Origin: a virus
Taxonomy: Duplodnaviria; Caudoviricetes
Strand: one strand, 5' to 3'
IMG/VR virus record: IMGVR_UViG_3300012685_000005
Span: 1-58,682 of that record
DNA length: 58,682 nt
A program made the translations under genes and the position numbers. The notes below the pieces were generated by a model. That model was not told the DNA's origin. It ran no database searches and saw only the letters and a program-made list of their open reading frames with translations. Positions 41,212 to 51,477 of this stretch are shown one piece after another (position 1 is the stretch's first letter; each line of letters starts with the position of its first letter).

Positions 41212-41541
41212 CTAAGGGGCGATGCCTTCGTCCCACTCGTAAGTCTCAGGACTATCCTCGCCGTCCTTTTGGTCTTTGACCCAAGCTGGATAGTCATCGA
41301 CCAATGCGCGCACGACTTGATCTAAGACCCACTGCTTGTGGTGACCCCCGTCGATGCCGCCGAAGCGTTCGATGATGCTGAGGGCTGCGGTTACTTTTTC
41401 GGAGTCGTGCACAATATTCATCCCCTTGAGATCGGGATGCCCGAATCTCAAATGATTGGCACATGCAGTGCAAATATTGTCACCAGATTCCGCACTGGGG
41501 AATCCCGGTAGATTGCATCGCGGGCAAATATAGGTGATCAT
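41212..41541 (-). CDS. Hypothetical phage protein
   Basis: CxxC...CxxC then GGIDGGHHKQWVLDQ...WDEGIAP. Confidence 0.65.
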   Translation of the reverse strand: MITYICPRCNLPGFPSAESGDNICTACANHLRFGHPDLKGMNIVHDSEKVTAALSIIERFGGIDGGHHKQWVLDQVVRALVDDYPAWVKDQKDGEDSPETYEWDEGIAP

Positions 41542-42479
41542 ATCGTCCCCGCCTCAAGCGCCGTTTTCATGGAATCATAGGTCGCCTGCAATTTCGACAT
41601 AGCATGCTGGTCCGGAATCGTCTTGGCTTTCGTGTACGCAGTGCCAAATGCCTTCCTGAGTTCCGGCAGCGTTTTCACGTCCATCGTGTCGATCATGGCG
41701 TCGAGTTCGGATTCGGGGATCGGCTGCGTGGTCGTCGTCGATCGGCCAGCGGCCCACACGGCGAGCCGTTCGCCCGTCCCTTCATCGATCTGCTTGCCAG
41801 GTACAAAGATCGGCTCGAGATCGGTTTCCAATCGCTTGATATGCTGTGGGACTCCGGCATTGTCGGCGGTCATCATGCACCCGACTAGCATTTCGTACAT
41901 GAACATCTTTTCGCATATGGGCACATAGCCCGCATCGACAATTTGCATCTTGCCCTTGTCGTCTTTGACGAACTTCACCTTGGGCTCTGCACGCAAACAT
42001 ACGATCAGCAGCGCCGGATAGCGAATCAGATAGGACATGAACTTCGACTTGTGGCGGTGCTTGGCGTCTTTCCACGACGGCGCGGTGAGCGCTTCCATAC
42101 GCGCCTCGTTGCCCCTGGCCATGCGCTCCAGTGTTTCCATCTGGATATCTTGCAATCCGCCAGGGCCTGCGTATTCGTGGCTGCCGCTGTCCAAGATGAC
42201 GGCCTTATAGTGCTTCACGGCTTCGAGCACTTCGACACATCGCTCCGGGGTGAACGGCGGCTGAAAGTCGACCCAATTCCAGGGCTGATAGCGGGCTTTT
42301 TTGTAGAGGGCACGCTTCTCTTCGGTGTCCACGACGATAAACTTGTCTTTGCCGCAGTAGCCGCGCGCAAGGCGCATCGCGGATTCGGTTTTGCCGGAGC
42401 CCGATGGGCCCGCGATGGCAATAGCCGGTGCTTTGGAGAATTGGACTTCGAGAGAGTCCTTGATCTGGAAATCGCTCAC
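41538..42479 (-). CDS. AAA/RecA-like ATPase (Sak4-like recombinase)
   Basis: Walker A GPSGSGKT, VVDTE, ILDSGSHE. Confidence 0.8.
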   Translation of the reverse strand: MSDFQIKDSLEVQFSKAPAIAIAGPSGSGKTESAMRLARGYCGKDKFIVVDTEEKRALYKKARYQPWNWVDFQPPFTPERCVEVLEAVKHYKAVILDSGSHEYAGPGGLQDIQMETLERMARGNEARMEALTAPSWKDAKHRHKSKFMSYLIRYPALLIVCLRAEPKVKFVKDDKGKMQIVDAGYVPICEKMFMYEMLVGCMMTADNAGVPQHIKRLETDLEPIFVPGKQIDEGTGERLAVWAAGRSTTTTQPIPESELDAMIDTMDVKTLPELRKAFGTAYTKAKTIPDQHAMSKLQATYDSMKTALEAGTI

Positions 42480-43765
42480 GACGCATCCTCAGCCGTCTTA
42501 ATATAGCCGTTTTCCAGGACAATCCCGACTTTGCCATCCGATGCGACGCGCTCTATCCATACCTGGCAGTCTCGCGCATCGGCCATCTCGGCGACCAGCC
42601 GCAAGCCTTCCTCGTCGAGCAGTGAGCCATCACGGATGCGGATTACCCGCAATTTTGGATTCGCTGCCATCGCCATTTCAACGGAGGCGCGCAGCTTCTC
42701 CGCGTCCGATGCCTGATCGAACGGTACCTCATTGAGCAGCACGGCACCTTCGCCAAAACTGATCCCTGCAATCGGGAGTGTTGCGGCGGCGATCGCGGCT
42801 TGTTTCGCCTTTTGCCGCGCGTCGATATTCGCTGTGATCGTCTCCGACTCCTTCGTCAATTGCTCCGCCAGCGCCTTCAATTCCGTGCGCTTGCGATGAT
42901 CGGCCGACCATTCCGCATGCCGCTGATTGTTCGCGCGTGCGGTGTTCAGTTCGGTGGCGACTGCGGCGGTGTCGATCAATGCAGGTAGGACGGGCGCGTC
43001 TTTGAGTTTTGTGCGCCGCTGTTCGATAGATTCGCCTAGAATGGTGAGTTGCGACTGCAACTCTTTGATCTGATCGGCAAGCCCGTCATAGCGGCGTTCA
43101 TCGGCCTTAATCGCATCGGCCATCTTCTCGCGATTGCCTTGACGCAGCGTGATATCCGCATTGTGATCGCCAGATTCTTTCAACTTTGCCACGAGCGCGG
43201 ATTCGTCAATCAATTCAACGGGCGCCTTATCGGTCACTCGAATGTTGTCGGCCGATGCGCGCGCATCCTTCAATCGCCGATTGACATCGGTCCGCCGCTG
43301 ATAGTCGCCCGCATGGGCCCGGTCGATGGCGTCGAAATCGACTTCGGGCACGAACTTGCGCAACGCATCGAATTGCGCCTTGGCGTCCATGCGGGAGAAC
43401 GCCAGCGGATCGAACGACAGCGCGCCTAGCAGGCTGTCGAGCAGTTTCTGCGGCGACGGATAGCGTGCACCATCGGCGCTTTCAACGGTGAGCGATGTCG
43501 TGTATGTACCTTTTTCGGCATGCTTGAAATGCCGCGCGACTTTGATTTCCCCCAAGTCCAAGCGAATGCGCGCACTCTCCGCGCCTTTGCGGATCGGCTC
43601 TTTGGGCGCGACACCTATGCCGGCGAGGGCTACCCATATGGCATCTAGTGTCGATGACTTACCCTGACCATTCCGGCCGGTGATCTGGACGAAATTGCCA
43701 TCTGGCGTGATTTCGACCGCGTGCAGTTTTTTGAAATTCTCGGCCTGTAGCGAAATAATTTTCAT
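42476..43765 (-). CDS. SMC/SbcC-like ATPase
   Basis: ENFK, GRNGQGKS, central coiled coil, signature-like QASDAE and IRDGSLLD. Confidence 0.8.
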   Translation of the reverse strand: MKIISLQAENFKKLHAVEITPDGNFVQITGRNGQGKSSTLDAIWVALAGIGVAPKEPIRKGAESARIRLDLGEIKVARHFKHAEKGTYTTSLTVESADGARYPSPQKLLDSLLGALSFDPLAFSRMDAKAQFDALRKFVPEVDFDAIDRAHAGDYQRRTDVNRRLKDARASADNIRVTDKAPVELIDESALVAKLKESGDHNADITLRQGNREKMADAIKADERRYDGLADQIKELQSQLTILGESIEQRRTKLKDAPVLPALIDTAAVATELNTARANNQRHAEWSADHRKRTELKALAEQLTKESETITANIDARQKAKQAAIAAATLPIAGISFGEGAVLLNEVPFDQASDAEKLRASVEMAMAANPKLRVIRIRDGSLLDEEGLRLVAEMADARDCQVWIERVASDGKVGIVLENGYIKTAEDAS

Positions 43766-44625
43766 GTCGTCAGCTCCTCGGCATTCGGTTGTTCTTCGGC
43801 TTGGATTAAATCCCAAGGTTTCGGCTCTACCCATAGGATACGTGGCGTATACCCAGGCCAGTTATCGCCCGTCACGCATCGCTCCCACAGTCCGATCGCA
43901 CGATTGACCTTCGCGCGTCCGACTTCTCGGTAGGCATTCGACAGCGCAATCAACGAACACGCATACGGCCGCGTGATTTCCTGAAACAAAAACACGAACA
44001 CCGTATCCTCGCGCCCGGTCACGGCGGCGAGCCCGCGCGTGTAGAACTCGGCCTGCAGGTCATAGCCCATGCGGCCAATCTGCTTGGCAATCGCGTCAGG
44101 CGCCGCGCTGGCCGTGGACTTATAGTCCAGAATGATGCGCCGATCCTTCGATAGCATGTCGGGGCGCGCGCGATACCAGAGATTGCCTTCCTGCCACAGC
44201 AGCGTGCGCTCAGGGTCGCCTGTGGCTAGCAAGTCGCCGAGCTCCGTCGTCAGCATGTAATCCTGCGCGGCCGCACACATGGCGACGATATCGACGAACT
44301 GGCGTTCAAGCACGGCGTATTGCCCGTTCGCTTGCGCTGCGTCGCGTGCTTCCTTCGCGGCCTTCGTGCGCCAGTCGTCGGCTTGGACGCGCACGATTTT
44401 ATCCTCGCGCCGTTCGAGCAGCATCATGTGAGCGGCTGAGCCCAGATCGAAACGCGAATTGCCGTCCTCGCGCTCATAATTGGGATTCAGGCGCGGGTGC
44501 GCGAGCCAGGCGTGCAGCGGGGATTGATCGAGTAGAATATTCGCGATACTGGACGAGAGCGATGCGGTCGGCGCTGGGTCGGCGTGGTATTGCTCAGCGG
44601 TAAGCGTGTGGATGCCGGGGGTCAT
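43762..44625 (-). CDS. PD-(D/E)XK exonuclease (RecE/ExoVIII-like)
   Basis: YHAD, LSSS, GSAAH, RARPD, DYKST, YDLQAEFY. Confidence 0.85.
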   Translation of the reverse strand: MTPGIHTLTAEQYHADPAPTASLSSSIANILLDQSPLHAWLAHPRLNPNYEREDGNSRFDLGSAAHMMLLERREDKIVRVQADDWRTKAAKEARDAAQANGQYAVLERQFVDIVAMCAAAQDYMLTTELGDLLATGDPERTLLWQEGNLWYRARPDMLSKDRRIILDYKSTASAAPDAIAKQIGRMGYDLQAEFYTRGLAAVTGREDTVFVFLFQEITRPYACSLIALSNAYREVGRAKVNRAIGLWERCVTGDNWPGYTPRILWVEPKPWDLIQAEEQPNAEELTT

Positions 44626-44850
44626 CGGCGCACCCTGAAATCGGGAGTCTTGCGGAATTCATTGATGCGGCGGTACGAAATTAGTACCTGTCGGCGACGC
44701 GCGCGCCAGAGACGGATGCGATTGAATAGAGTCACGGCCCCACCGCCCGCGAGATGCGCCCGATCAGGCCGATGATGAAGGGCAGGTACGATATCGCAAT
44801 GCATGCAGCGAGAAACGCGATGCCGAGTGCGGAATAACTGGCGCGGATTT

Positions 44851-45114
44851 TCATGAGGTCACCAAATCGTGGGCCAGCATACCAGTCACGTCCGCATCGT
44901 CGATGTCGCGCTCGTACGCGCGCGCCGTCCAGCGATGCCAGTCGCGCTCATTATTATTGAGCACCTGACGCCGCGCCATTTCCTTGAACAGCGGCGAGAG
45001 TTCGATCGAGGCGAGATTCCAAATACCCGACGTGGGTGGATTGAGCGACTGCGTTTGCTGCAATCGGCCGATGCGAGTGACGATCGAGGCGGTACTGACT
45101 TGGGCGAGGTTCAT
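44851..45114 (-). CDS. Hypothetical protein
   Basis: AAGGA RBS; coupled. Confidence 0.5.
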   Translation of the reverse strand: MNLAQVSTASIVTRIGRLQQTQSLNPPTSGIWNLASIELSPLFKEMARRQVLNNNERDWHRWTARAYERDIDDADVTGMLAHDLVTS

Positions 45115-45395
45115 AGCGTGTCCTTGAGTATGATGGCCGGATTCGGCATCAATTCCGCGTACCGCAGATGCGCCTGAAAATGCGTTTCCAGCGCGATCAG
45201 CGCGTGATATGCGAGCATCGTGTAACGATCCTCGGCGGACATACCGTTGATGTCGGCGGCGTACATCGTGTTATGAATGATCGCGGACTCGCGCTCGCCT
45301 TCATAGATCGCCTTGCGCATCTCGTCACAGGTCATTGCGGGCAGTTCGCCAGATGGCAAGACAAGGCCCGCACGCATTTGGGGGAAGCGGGCCAT
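45111..45395 (-). CDS. Hypothetical protein
   Basis: Abuts the upstream stop; coupled downstream. Confidence 0.55.
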   Translation of the reverse strand: MARFPQMRAGLVLPSGELPAMTCDEMRKAIYEGERESAIIHNTMYAADINGMSAEDRYTMLAYHALIALETHFQAHLRYAELMPNPAIILKDTL

Positions 45396-45512
45396 TTATC
45401 GTGCGCCGCTCGCCACGTGCTTCGAACGCATCGTCGGGACTTTCTGCCAGCGCTGCAGGCGTTGGGCCTTCGCTTTGCGCGCGGCGCGGATCTGTCGTAT
45501 GGCTTGATTCAT
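45396..45512 (-). CDS. 38-aa Arg/Lys-rich first gene of the leftward arm
   Basis: AGGAG RBS; MNQAIRQIRAARKAKAQRLQRWQK... Confidence 0.5.
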   Translation of the reverse strand: MNQAIRQIRAARKAKAQRLQRWQKVPTMRSKHVASGAR

Positions 45513-45634
45513 GACATCACTCCTGGGTGTTGTTTTCGACTGGCGACTATCAAATCACAGGTATTAACGCGAGTCAAGCGCCATGACTAAATATATTGCA
45601 TTCATGACAAAACTGTGCAACGATTCCGTCCCAT
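45513..45634. promoter_or_regulatory. Divergent early control region
   Basis: AT-rich strand switch; leftward TTGACT and rightward TTGCAT-17-AACGAT sigma70-like boxes. Confidence 0.5.
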
Positions 45635-45823
45635 ATGAGCAAACTTATCGACTGGTTGGAACAGCAAACACGTCCTCCCATGGAGTTGATTGAAATCGCG
45701 CGGGCCTTAAAGGTCGATCCAAGTTTGGTCTCTCTATGGCGCATGGGTAAACGCAAACCTGGCAAGCAGCAGCTCAAGAATTTGTCGCGACTGACGGGGA
45801 TTAAGATTGAGGATTTGCTGTGA
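45635..45823 (+). CDS. Cro-like HTH regulator
   Basis: EIARALKVDPSLVSLWRMGKRKP. Confidence 0.8.
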   Translation: MSKLIDWLEQQTRPPMELIEIARALKVDPSLVSLWRMGKRKPGKQQLKNLSRLTGIKIEDLL

Positions 45824-46071
45824 ATATTAACGATCACGTATGGGTGCGCTTGACTCCGATCGGTCGCGCGATCCATGTTAAGGATCACAGGGAACTGCAA
45901 TTAGCTTACCCGAACAATGATATTCCCTATACGCCGCCGAAAGAGATCAATGGATGGAGCAGATTTCAATTGTGGTCGTTAATGCGTCAATTCGGCCCGT
46001 TTTGTTATTTAGGCGCTGATCTGCCATTCGAGACTGAGATTCGCTTCACTGATCCGAACGCGCCCGAATGA
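45820..46071 (+). CDS. Hypothetical phage protein
   Basis: NINDHVWVRLT...FQLWSLM-x-x-FG motif. Confidence 0.65.
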   Translation: MNINDHVWVRLTPIGRAIHVKDHRELQLAYPNNDIPYTPPKEINGWSRFQLWSLMRQFGPFCYLGADLPFETEIRFTDPNAPE

Positions 46072-46292
46072 AACTCACCTCCGCCCAGCACCGCTGGCTA
46101 GCCTGGTTCGCCGATCACGGCGGCATAGGGTATCTCAAGGGCGCGCGAATTTGCTGCGGCGAGAATCCTGATAATCGCACGAATACGTCGGCGTCGCTGC
46201 CGTTCTTGGCGCTGGTCGCAGCGGGGGCGATCGAAGGATTTGAGGGTCGATTGCGAATCACTGAGTTTGGATTGCGGTTGCTGCGGCCGTGA
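46068..46292 (+). CDS. Hypothetical (winged-helix-like) protein
   Basis: LTSAQ...LV...RITEFG; coupled. Confidence 0.55.
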   Translation: MKLTSAQHRWLAWFADHGGIGYLKGARICCGENPDNRTNTSASLPFLALVAAGAIEGFEGRLRITEFGLRLLRP

Positions 46293-47215
46293 AATTCCAA
46301 TACGTAGATATTGCTGCCATTCGCGACTTCATCCCGCCATGGGCTTTGAATTACATGATCTTCGCGCGTGAACTAGATGAATGCTTGCGCAAGTATGTAG
46401 ATAACATCTCGCAGGGACATATACCACAACCGTTTATGATTGAGGTTCATATTGACGGCGGCGCTTTAGAATTTCGCTTATTTGAATCGCGTGATCAGAA
46501 TGAGCCAGAGCAAGAAATGGGCATGCTAATGCTTGTGAGTGATAGGTGGGAAATCGGCATCCCATTAAGCTACATGCTGAAAGGAATAGTGCGCAGTGAA
46601 GGAACATATAGTCTCTATTCGCATGGCATAGCCACGGAAATCCCTCTTGCGTACATTGGCATTACGTCGCGTCCGTGGTTTGTACGCTATGCAGAACATC
46701 ACGCTGCCGCGCGCAATGGTTCTGGCTTTTTGTTTCATGATGCACTTCGATTACATGACGGCAAGTTCCTTACACATCGAATATTGATTGCCAACATTGA
46801 CAAAGACACCGCGATGCGACGCGAGGAAGAATGGGTCGCACCAAATACCCTATATCCTCTCGGTCTAAATATGATTCCTGGTGGGTATGCTGGATTACGT
46901 TATTTGTCGACATTGTCAATCGAATTGCGAGACAGCGAATACAGCGCTGAGAGTATTGCTGATGCGATGAATAGAGACTTGATTGGCGGTAAACCCAATC
47001 CTCTCTGTGCGGCACGGTGGGCAGCCGATCCAAATTATGTGGCGCGTGTGATTTGTGGGCACAGTGGACGGCTCACATTAGAGCAGGTGCATATGATTCG
47101 AGCCATGGGCGTTGCATGCCGAGCTGTTAACGAAATTGCGATACTTGCCAAAGCTAATAATATCGCTCAAGTTAAACGGCTCCTTTCCAATCGTACTTAT
47201 TCGCGTGTCCAATGA
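46289..47215 (+). CDS. GIY-YIG-like endonuclease
   Basis: SLY...YIGIT...R...H...E...LNM; lower GC than flanks. Confidence 0.6.
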   Translation: MKFQYVDIAAIRDFIPPWALNYMIFARELDECLRKYVDNISQGHIPQPFMIEVHIDGGALEFRLFESRDQNEPEQEMGMLMLVSDRWEIGIPLSYMLKGIVRSEGTYSLYSHGIATEIPLAYIGITSRPWFVRYAEHHAAARNGSGFLFHDALRLHDGKFLTHRILIANIDKDTAMRREEEWVAPNTLYPLGLNMIPGGYAGLRYLSTLSIELRDSEYSAESIADAMNRDLIGGKPNPLCAARWAADPNYVARVICGHSGRLTLEQVHMIRAMGVACRAVNEIAILAKANNIAQVKRLLSNRTYSRVQ

Positions 47216-48627
47216 GCGAGTTATTCCCGCATCAGGCGAAAGATATTGATGCTATACGTGATTGGTTTAAGCGCTCAATTCTTGCTGTCTTGTGGTACCT
47301 ACCTACTGGTGCGGGAAAATCCTTTGCAGCCGCTTTTATGCTTTTAACCGCATCTAAAGCCGGGAAAATATGCTGGTTTATTGTTCATCGACGTGAACTA
47401 CTTCGCCAAACGGAACGACAGTTTAAGAATCTAGGCGTTGATTATGGCGTCGTGGCTGCGGGAAGACCAATGCAACCCTGGAAGCGCGTGCAAATCTGCA
47501 GCATCAATTCTTTGGCGCGACGAATTGATAAATTGGCAAAACCACAATTAATAGTGCAAGACGAGGCTCACCATCTTCCCTGTAAATCGTGGTCCGACGT
47601 AATCCAGGCTATCGGTCGCTGTTATATGGTAGGGCTTTCCGCTTCCCCCTGCAGATTGGATGGTCGAGGCCTTGGTGAATACTTTGGCGCCATGGTCGTG
47701 GGTTTACCAATTCGCGAGTTGATCGCGCAAGGCTATCTATCGAAGTTCCGCACGTTCGCGCCGCCGACTGTTGATACATCTGGTCTCCATATAAGAGGGG
47801 GCGATTACAAGACGGAAGAAGCGGAAGCACTGATGGATAAACCCGCCATAACTGGCTCCGCAGTCTCGGAATATCGCAAACTCTGCGACGGCAAGCGAGC
47901 GATCGTGTTCTGCGTATCGATCGAACATAGCCAGCATGTGGCGGCGCAGTTTCGCGCCGCTGGATATGCCGCGATCCATATTGATGGCAAGACTGATGAT
48001 CAGATACGCGATATGGCCATAGATGACTTTGAGCGCGGGCGCATTCAAGTCTTGTGTAACGTGGACCTATGCGGCGAAGGGCTGAGTATTAATGCGATTG
48101 AATGCGTGATTCTACTACGGCCTACTCAGTCGTTGGGGCTCTATATTCAGCAAGTCGGGCGCGGACTTCGCACATGGCCTGGTAAAGAATATCTCACGAT
48201 ATTGGATCATGTAGGTTCCACACATAAGTTCGGATTGATTGATGAGCCGCGAGAATGGGCTCTGACGATGGATGAGACCAAGCGCAAAAAGAAAGCCGCG
48301 CCTGGCATCCGCGTCTGCGTCAAATGCTTCGCCGCAAGTCCCGCGCGCGCCTCTGTATGCATCGAATGCGGCCACGTCTTCGAGGTGAAGCCTCGCCAGG
48401 AGATCGACGAGCGCGACGGCGAGCTCGTGGAGTTGACGGCGGAGCAGATCGCGAGAAAGCGAGAACGGCGCGAGCAGGGGCGGTCACGCACGCTCGATCA
48501 GCTAATGGAATTTGCCAAAAAAAAGGGATATCATACTAACTGGGCTATTCGAGTGCATGAGGCGCGACAGAAGAAGAAGCATGGAACACAAGATTTGCAC
48601 GAAATGCCAAATAGAGAAACCTCTTGA
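47212..48627 (+). CDS. Superfamily 2 DEAH helicase
   Basis: PTGAGKS, DEAHH, SASP, QQVGRGLR, C-terminal CxxC...CxxC. Confidence 0.9.
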   Translation: MSELFPHQAKDIDAIRDWFKRSILAVLWYLPTGAGKSFAAAFMLLTASKAGKICWFIVHRRELLRQTERQFKNLGVDYGVVAAGRPMQPWKRVQICSINSLARRIDKLAKPQLIVQDEAHHLPCKSWSDVIQAIGRCYMVGLSASPCRLDGRGLGEYFGAMVVGLPIRELIAQGYLSKFRTFAPPTVDTSGLHIRGGDYKTEEAEALMDKPAITGSAVSEYRKLCDGKRAIVFCVSIEHSQHVAAQFRAAGYAAIHIDGKTDDQIRDMAIDDFERGRIQVLCNVDLCGEGLSINAIECVILLRPTQSLGLYIQQVGRGLRTWPGKEYLTILDHVGSTHKFGLIDEPREWALTMDETKRKKKAAPGIRVCVKCFAASPARASVCIECGHVFEVKPRQEIDERDGELVELTAEQIARKRERREQGRSRTLDQLMEFAKKKGYHTNWAIRVHEARQKKKHGTQDLHEMPNRETS

Positions 48628-49327
48628 TCGGTTTGTTACAGAACGCGCGCGACCCGGAGGCTATGCATCGCATTGCAAAGACTGTAAACGCGCAATGGCC
48701 TACGAATGGCGCAAACGCAATCCAGATAAATGGAAAGCAGTATGCAAGCGCCATTATGAAAAACGCGGCCGGGAAACCAAGCGTCTGTGGTACTACACCG
48801 AAAAAGGACAATCACTCGCAAAGCGTCATAACGTTAGCCCTAAAACGAAAGCGCGCCGACGCGCGTATGAGCAAACGCCGCAAGTCAAGGCATATCGGAA
48901 GGCTTATAAAGCGCAGGCTCACAGACTTAAACGAGAGCGTGAATTAAGGAAACGTCCGGAAAAACGAGCGCAGCATCGTGAACAACAACGCAAGAAACGC
49001 GAATCAATTCAAACTCAATTGCATAATGCTATGAGCTGTCGAATTCGCACGTTCGTTGTTAAGGGTCGCGTATCGTGGCCTGATTTAGTCGGGTACACGA
49101 CTGATGAATTGAAGTTGCATCTGGAAAAACAATTCCATAAACGGATGACGTGGAGCAATTATGGGAAATACGGATGGCATATAGATCATATCGTCCCTGT
49201 TAGCCATTTCAAATTCTCGTCGGTAGAAGATCCAGATTTTAAGGCGTGCTGGGCGCTTTCCAATTTGAGACCATTGTGGTCCAGAGAGAACTATAAGAAA
49301 ACCGATAAGCGGACGCATCTTATATGA
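48581..49327 (+). CDS. HNH homing endonuclease
   Basis: CTKC...CKDC; WHIDHIVP...NLRPLW...N. Confidence 0.8.
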   Translation: MEHKICTKCQIEKPLDRFVTERARPGGYASHCKDCKRAMAYEWRKRNPDKWKAVCKRHYEKRGRETKRLWYYTEKGQSLAKRHNVSPKTKARRRAYEQTPQVKAYRKAYKAQAHRLKRERELRKRPEKRAQHREQQRKKRESIQTQLHNAMSCRIRTFVVKGRVSWPDLVGYTTDELKLHLEKQFHKRMTWSNYGKYGWHIDHIVPVSHFKFSSVEDPDFKACWALSNLRPLWSRENYKKTDKRTHLI

Positions 49328-49515
49328 CCCTCCGCCTCCGCATCGTCAACGCGCCATCCGACCTCCCCGTCGGCGGCTGGTGGCTGCCGCTGCATCGCTT
49401 GAATGCCGATGGCACGACGACGCCGTATTCTGCGGTGCTCGAATATCATGCGAAGGCGGGGGACTATGTGTGGTGGCAGGCGGTCGAGGTGGTGGTGCCG
49501 GGAGGGGTGACGTGA
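49324..49515 (+). CDS. Hypothetical protein
   Basis: ATGA/GTGA coupling on both sides. Confidence 0.45.
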   Translation: MTLRLRIVNAPSDLPVGGWWLPLHRLNADGTTTPYSAVLEYHAKAGDYVWWQAVEVVVPGGVT

Positions 49516-49781
49516 ATTACATCGAATATGAAGAGTCAGTAGAAAAGCGGGCGCGCGAATTAACTCACGGTTTCCCTCCCGAATACAATATGGCGCCATT
49601 AATGCAATTGATCCGCGATGCGGATCGACTGGGCTATAAGGTTGTCACGGGCAATGATGGCGTCTCGCTCAACAGCGCGCGCCACCCCGACGAATTCGCT
49701 ATCAAACGCATGGCCGATGCGATCAAGGATGGGCGATTGAGTTTGACGAGGAAAGGGCCTAAGAGGACGGAACCGAAATGA
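49512..49781 (+). CDS. Hypothetical protein
   Basis: GGAGG RBS with GTG; coupled. Confidence 0.5.
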   Translation: MNYIEYEESVEKRARELTHGFPPEYNMAPLMQLIRDADRLGYKVVTGNDGVSLNSARHPDEFAIKRMADAIKDGRLSLTRKGPKRTEPK

Positions 49782-50185
49782 ATAAGCGCCACGCCAAACC
49801 CACCAGCGCGCAACTCTTGGCGCGTATTTATCGTCGGCAGCTCGCGATGGAATCCGAAACGCGATCTGCGCTCGCGATGCTATCGACGCGCATGGAGTCG
49901 ATGTACGACGAATTACACAGAAACGATTGTTTGACGCATCGTCGCATCGAGGCTCTGACCGATCTGGTGCAGATACTCACCGACTCGCATACCGGTACTT
50001 ACGCGACCGTGGTCGATCACTGCGCGCGGTTACTCAGAGAAAAGAAAACATTGATGTCAATGATTGATCGGCAGCGCGGACTGAATGAGCCGGTGTGGGA
50101 GAATCCGTTTCCGTCGCCATCATGCGCGTTCGCGAGTACGCATCGGCCAGGGGTGCGCTGCGCGGTGTGCGAGGGCGGAATATGA
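49778..50185 (+). CDS. Hypothetical protein
   Basis: Coupled; coiled coil with C-terminal Cys/His. Confidence 0.5.
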   Translation: MNKRHAKPTSAQLLARIYRRQLAMESETRSALAMLSTRMESMYDELHRNDCLTHRRIEALTDLVQILTDSHTGTYATVVDHCARLLREKKTLMSMIDRQRGLNEPVWENPFPSPSCAFASTHRPGVRCAVCEGGI

Positions 50186-50630
50186 AAACGATATTTCGGT
50201 TTTTCAATTCCTTGCGGTGGGCGCGCAGCGCCGGGGGAAGTCTGCATGTGTCGGTTTGGTACGCTTGGCGCATGGCGCGAGGGGTATACGACGAGGAATG
50301 CGACAAATGACGCTCACCGACCAACTCTACAAAGCACTCGTCAATTGTCCCTGTCGATGCAATCTTGCATATCGGCGCGGTAAAGATGTGCCGATTGAAC
50401 TCTGCGCGCGATGCGCAGCGGTCGAACGCTACGAGCGTGAACTGGCGGAGACTCTCAGTGACGTATCGTGACCGCAAACGCCTGGGGCTGGTGCGTGCGC
50501 GCCCACCGAAGTTAGACGCGCGCCTGCGCGATTGGATCGTGATCGTGTATTGCGCTCGACGCGGGACGCAATGCGAACTCGCACGGTTTCTAGGAATCAG
50601 TCAATCGACGGTGTGTCGGATTGTGGGGGA

Positions 50631-50936
50631 ATGGTGATCACCATCACGTTCAAGGATTTGATCACAGGCCAGACCACTAAGGCTACCGATTGGGATGGTG
50701 ATGTATTTTGGTGGACTGAGGGAAATGGCGCATGCGATTGCAATCGAGCGGCCGCATGCGGGAAAGAAGAGGAAATGGACGCAGCAATGCGGCTAAAGCA
50801 TCCCGGCCTGGAATCTTGGCAGTCGTTTTGCTACGGCTGCTACCGATTCATAGCGGTCGATGTGGATGGCGATTTCGAGGGAATGACGAAGCAGGAATTA
50901 TTGGCCGCGCTCAATCGTGATTATCCAGGGCCATGA
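50631..50936 (+). CDS. Hypothetical phage protein
   Basis: FWWTEGN-x-x-CDCNR motif. Confidence 0.6.
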   Translation: MVITITFKDLITGQTTKATDWDGDVFWWTEGNGACDCNRAAACGKEEEMDAAMRLKHPGLESWQSFCYGCYRFIAVDVDGDFEGMTKQELLAALNRDYPGP

Positions 50937-51295
50937 GCGAATCCGACCTCTACAACGAAATCCTAGGCGCGCACTCGAAAGGCCCTACGCGCCTCATGCG
51001 TATCAACGCCGGCATGGCCTATCAAGGCCGCGTCATCGAGCGCACGCCGCATCGGCTCGTTCTCGCGCCGTGGTATCCGATCCGCCTCGCCGTCGAAGGG
51101 GTAAGCGATCTACTCGGCTGGACGATGGTGGACGCGGCGGCCATTTTCACCGCTATCGAATGCAAGATCGGGCGGCGGCGCCCGACCGACGAGCAGGCGG
51201 CGTTTTTGGATCTCGTGCGCAGGTCAGGCGGCCGCGCCGGCATCGCGCGCAGTGCCGAGGAGGCGGGGCGGATTATCAACGGAGAAAATTTATGA
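50933..51295 (+). CDS. VRR-NUC nuclease
   Basis: SE...GVSDLLG...AIECK...EQ-x-x-F...GG. Confidence 0.85.
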   Translation: MSESDLYNEILGAHSKGPTRLMRINAGMAYQGRVIERTPHRLVLAPWYPIRLAVEGVSDLLGWTMVDAAAIFTAIECKIGRRRPTDEQAAFLDLVRRSGGRAGIARSAEEAGRIINGENL

Positions 51296-51477
51296 GCGCG
51301 TCAGGTGAGTGGACCGACGAAGAGAAATGCATCTCTATCGCCGAGATCGAGCGTCAGGAACGCATCGCTGAACGCCGCGCCGCCCGCGCCCACGCGCCCT
51401 ACGGCGAGTGGTGCCGCGATCCTGACGCATGCCGTGGCAAAGGCTACTGCCCATTGAGCCCCACCTGCGGCGATTAA
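51292..51477 (+). CDS. Small Cys-rich protein
   Basis: GGAG RBS; WCRDPDACRGKGYCP...C. Confidence 0.5.
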   Translation: MSASGEWTDEEKCISIAEIERQERIAERRAARAHAPYGEWCRDPDACRGKGYCPLSPTCGD

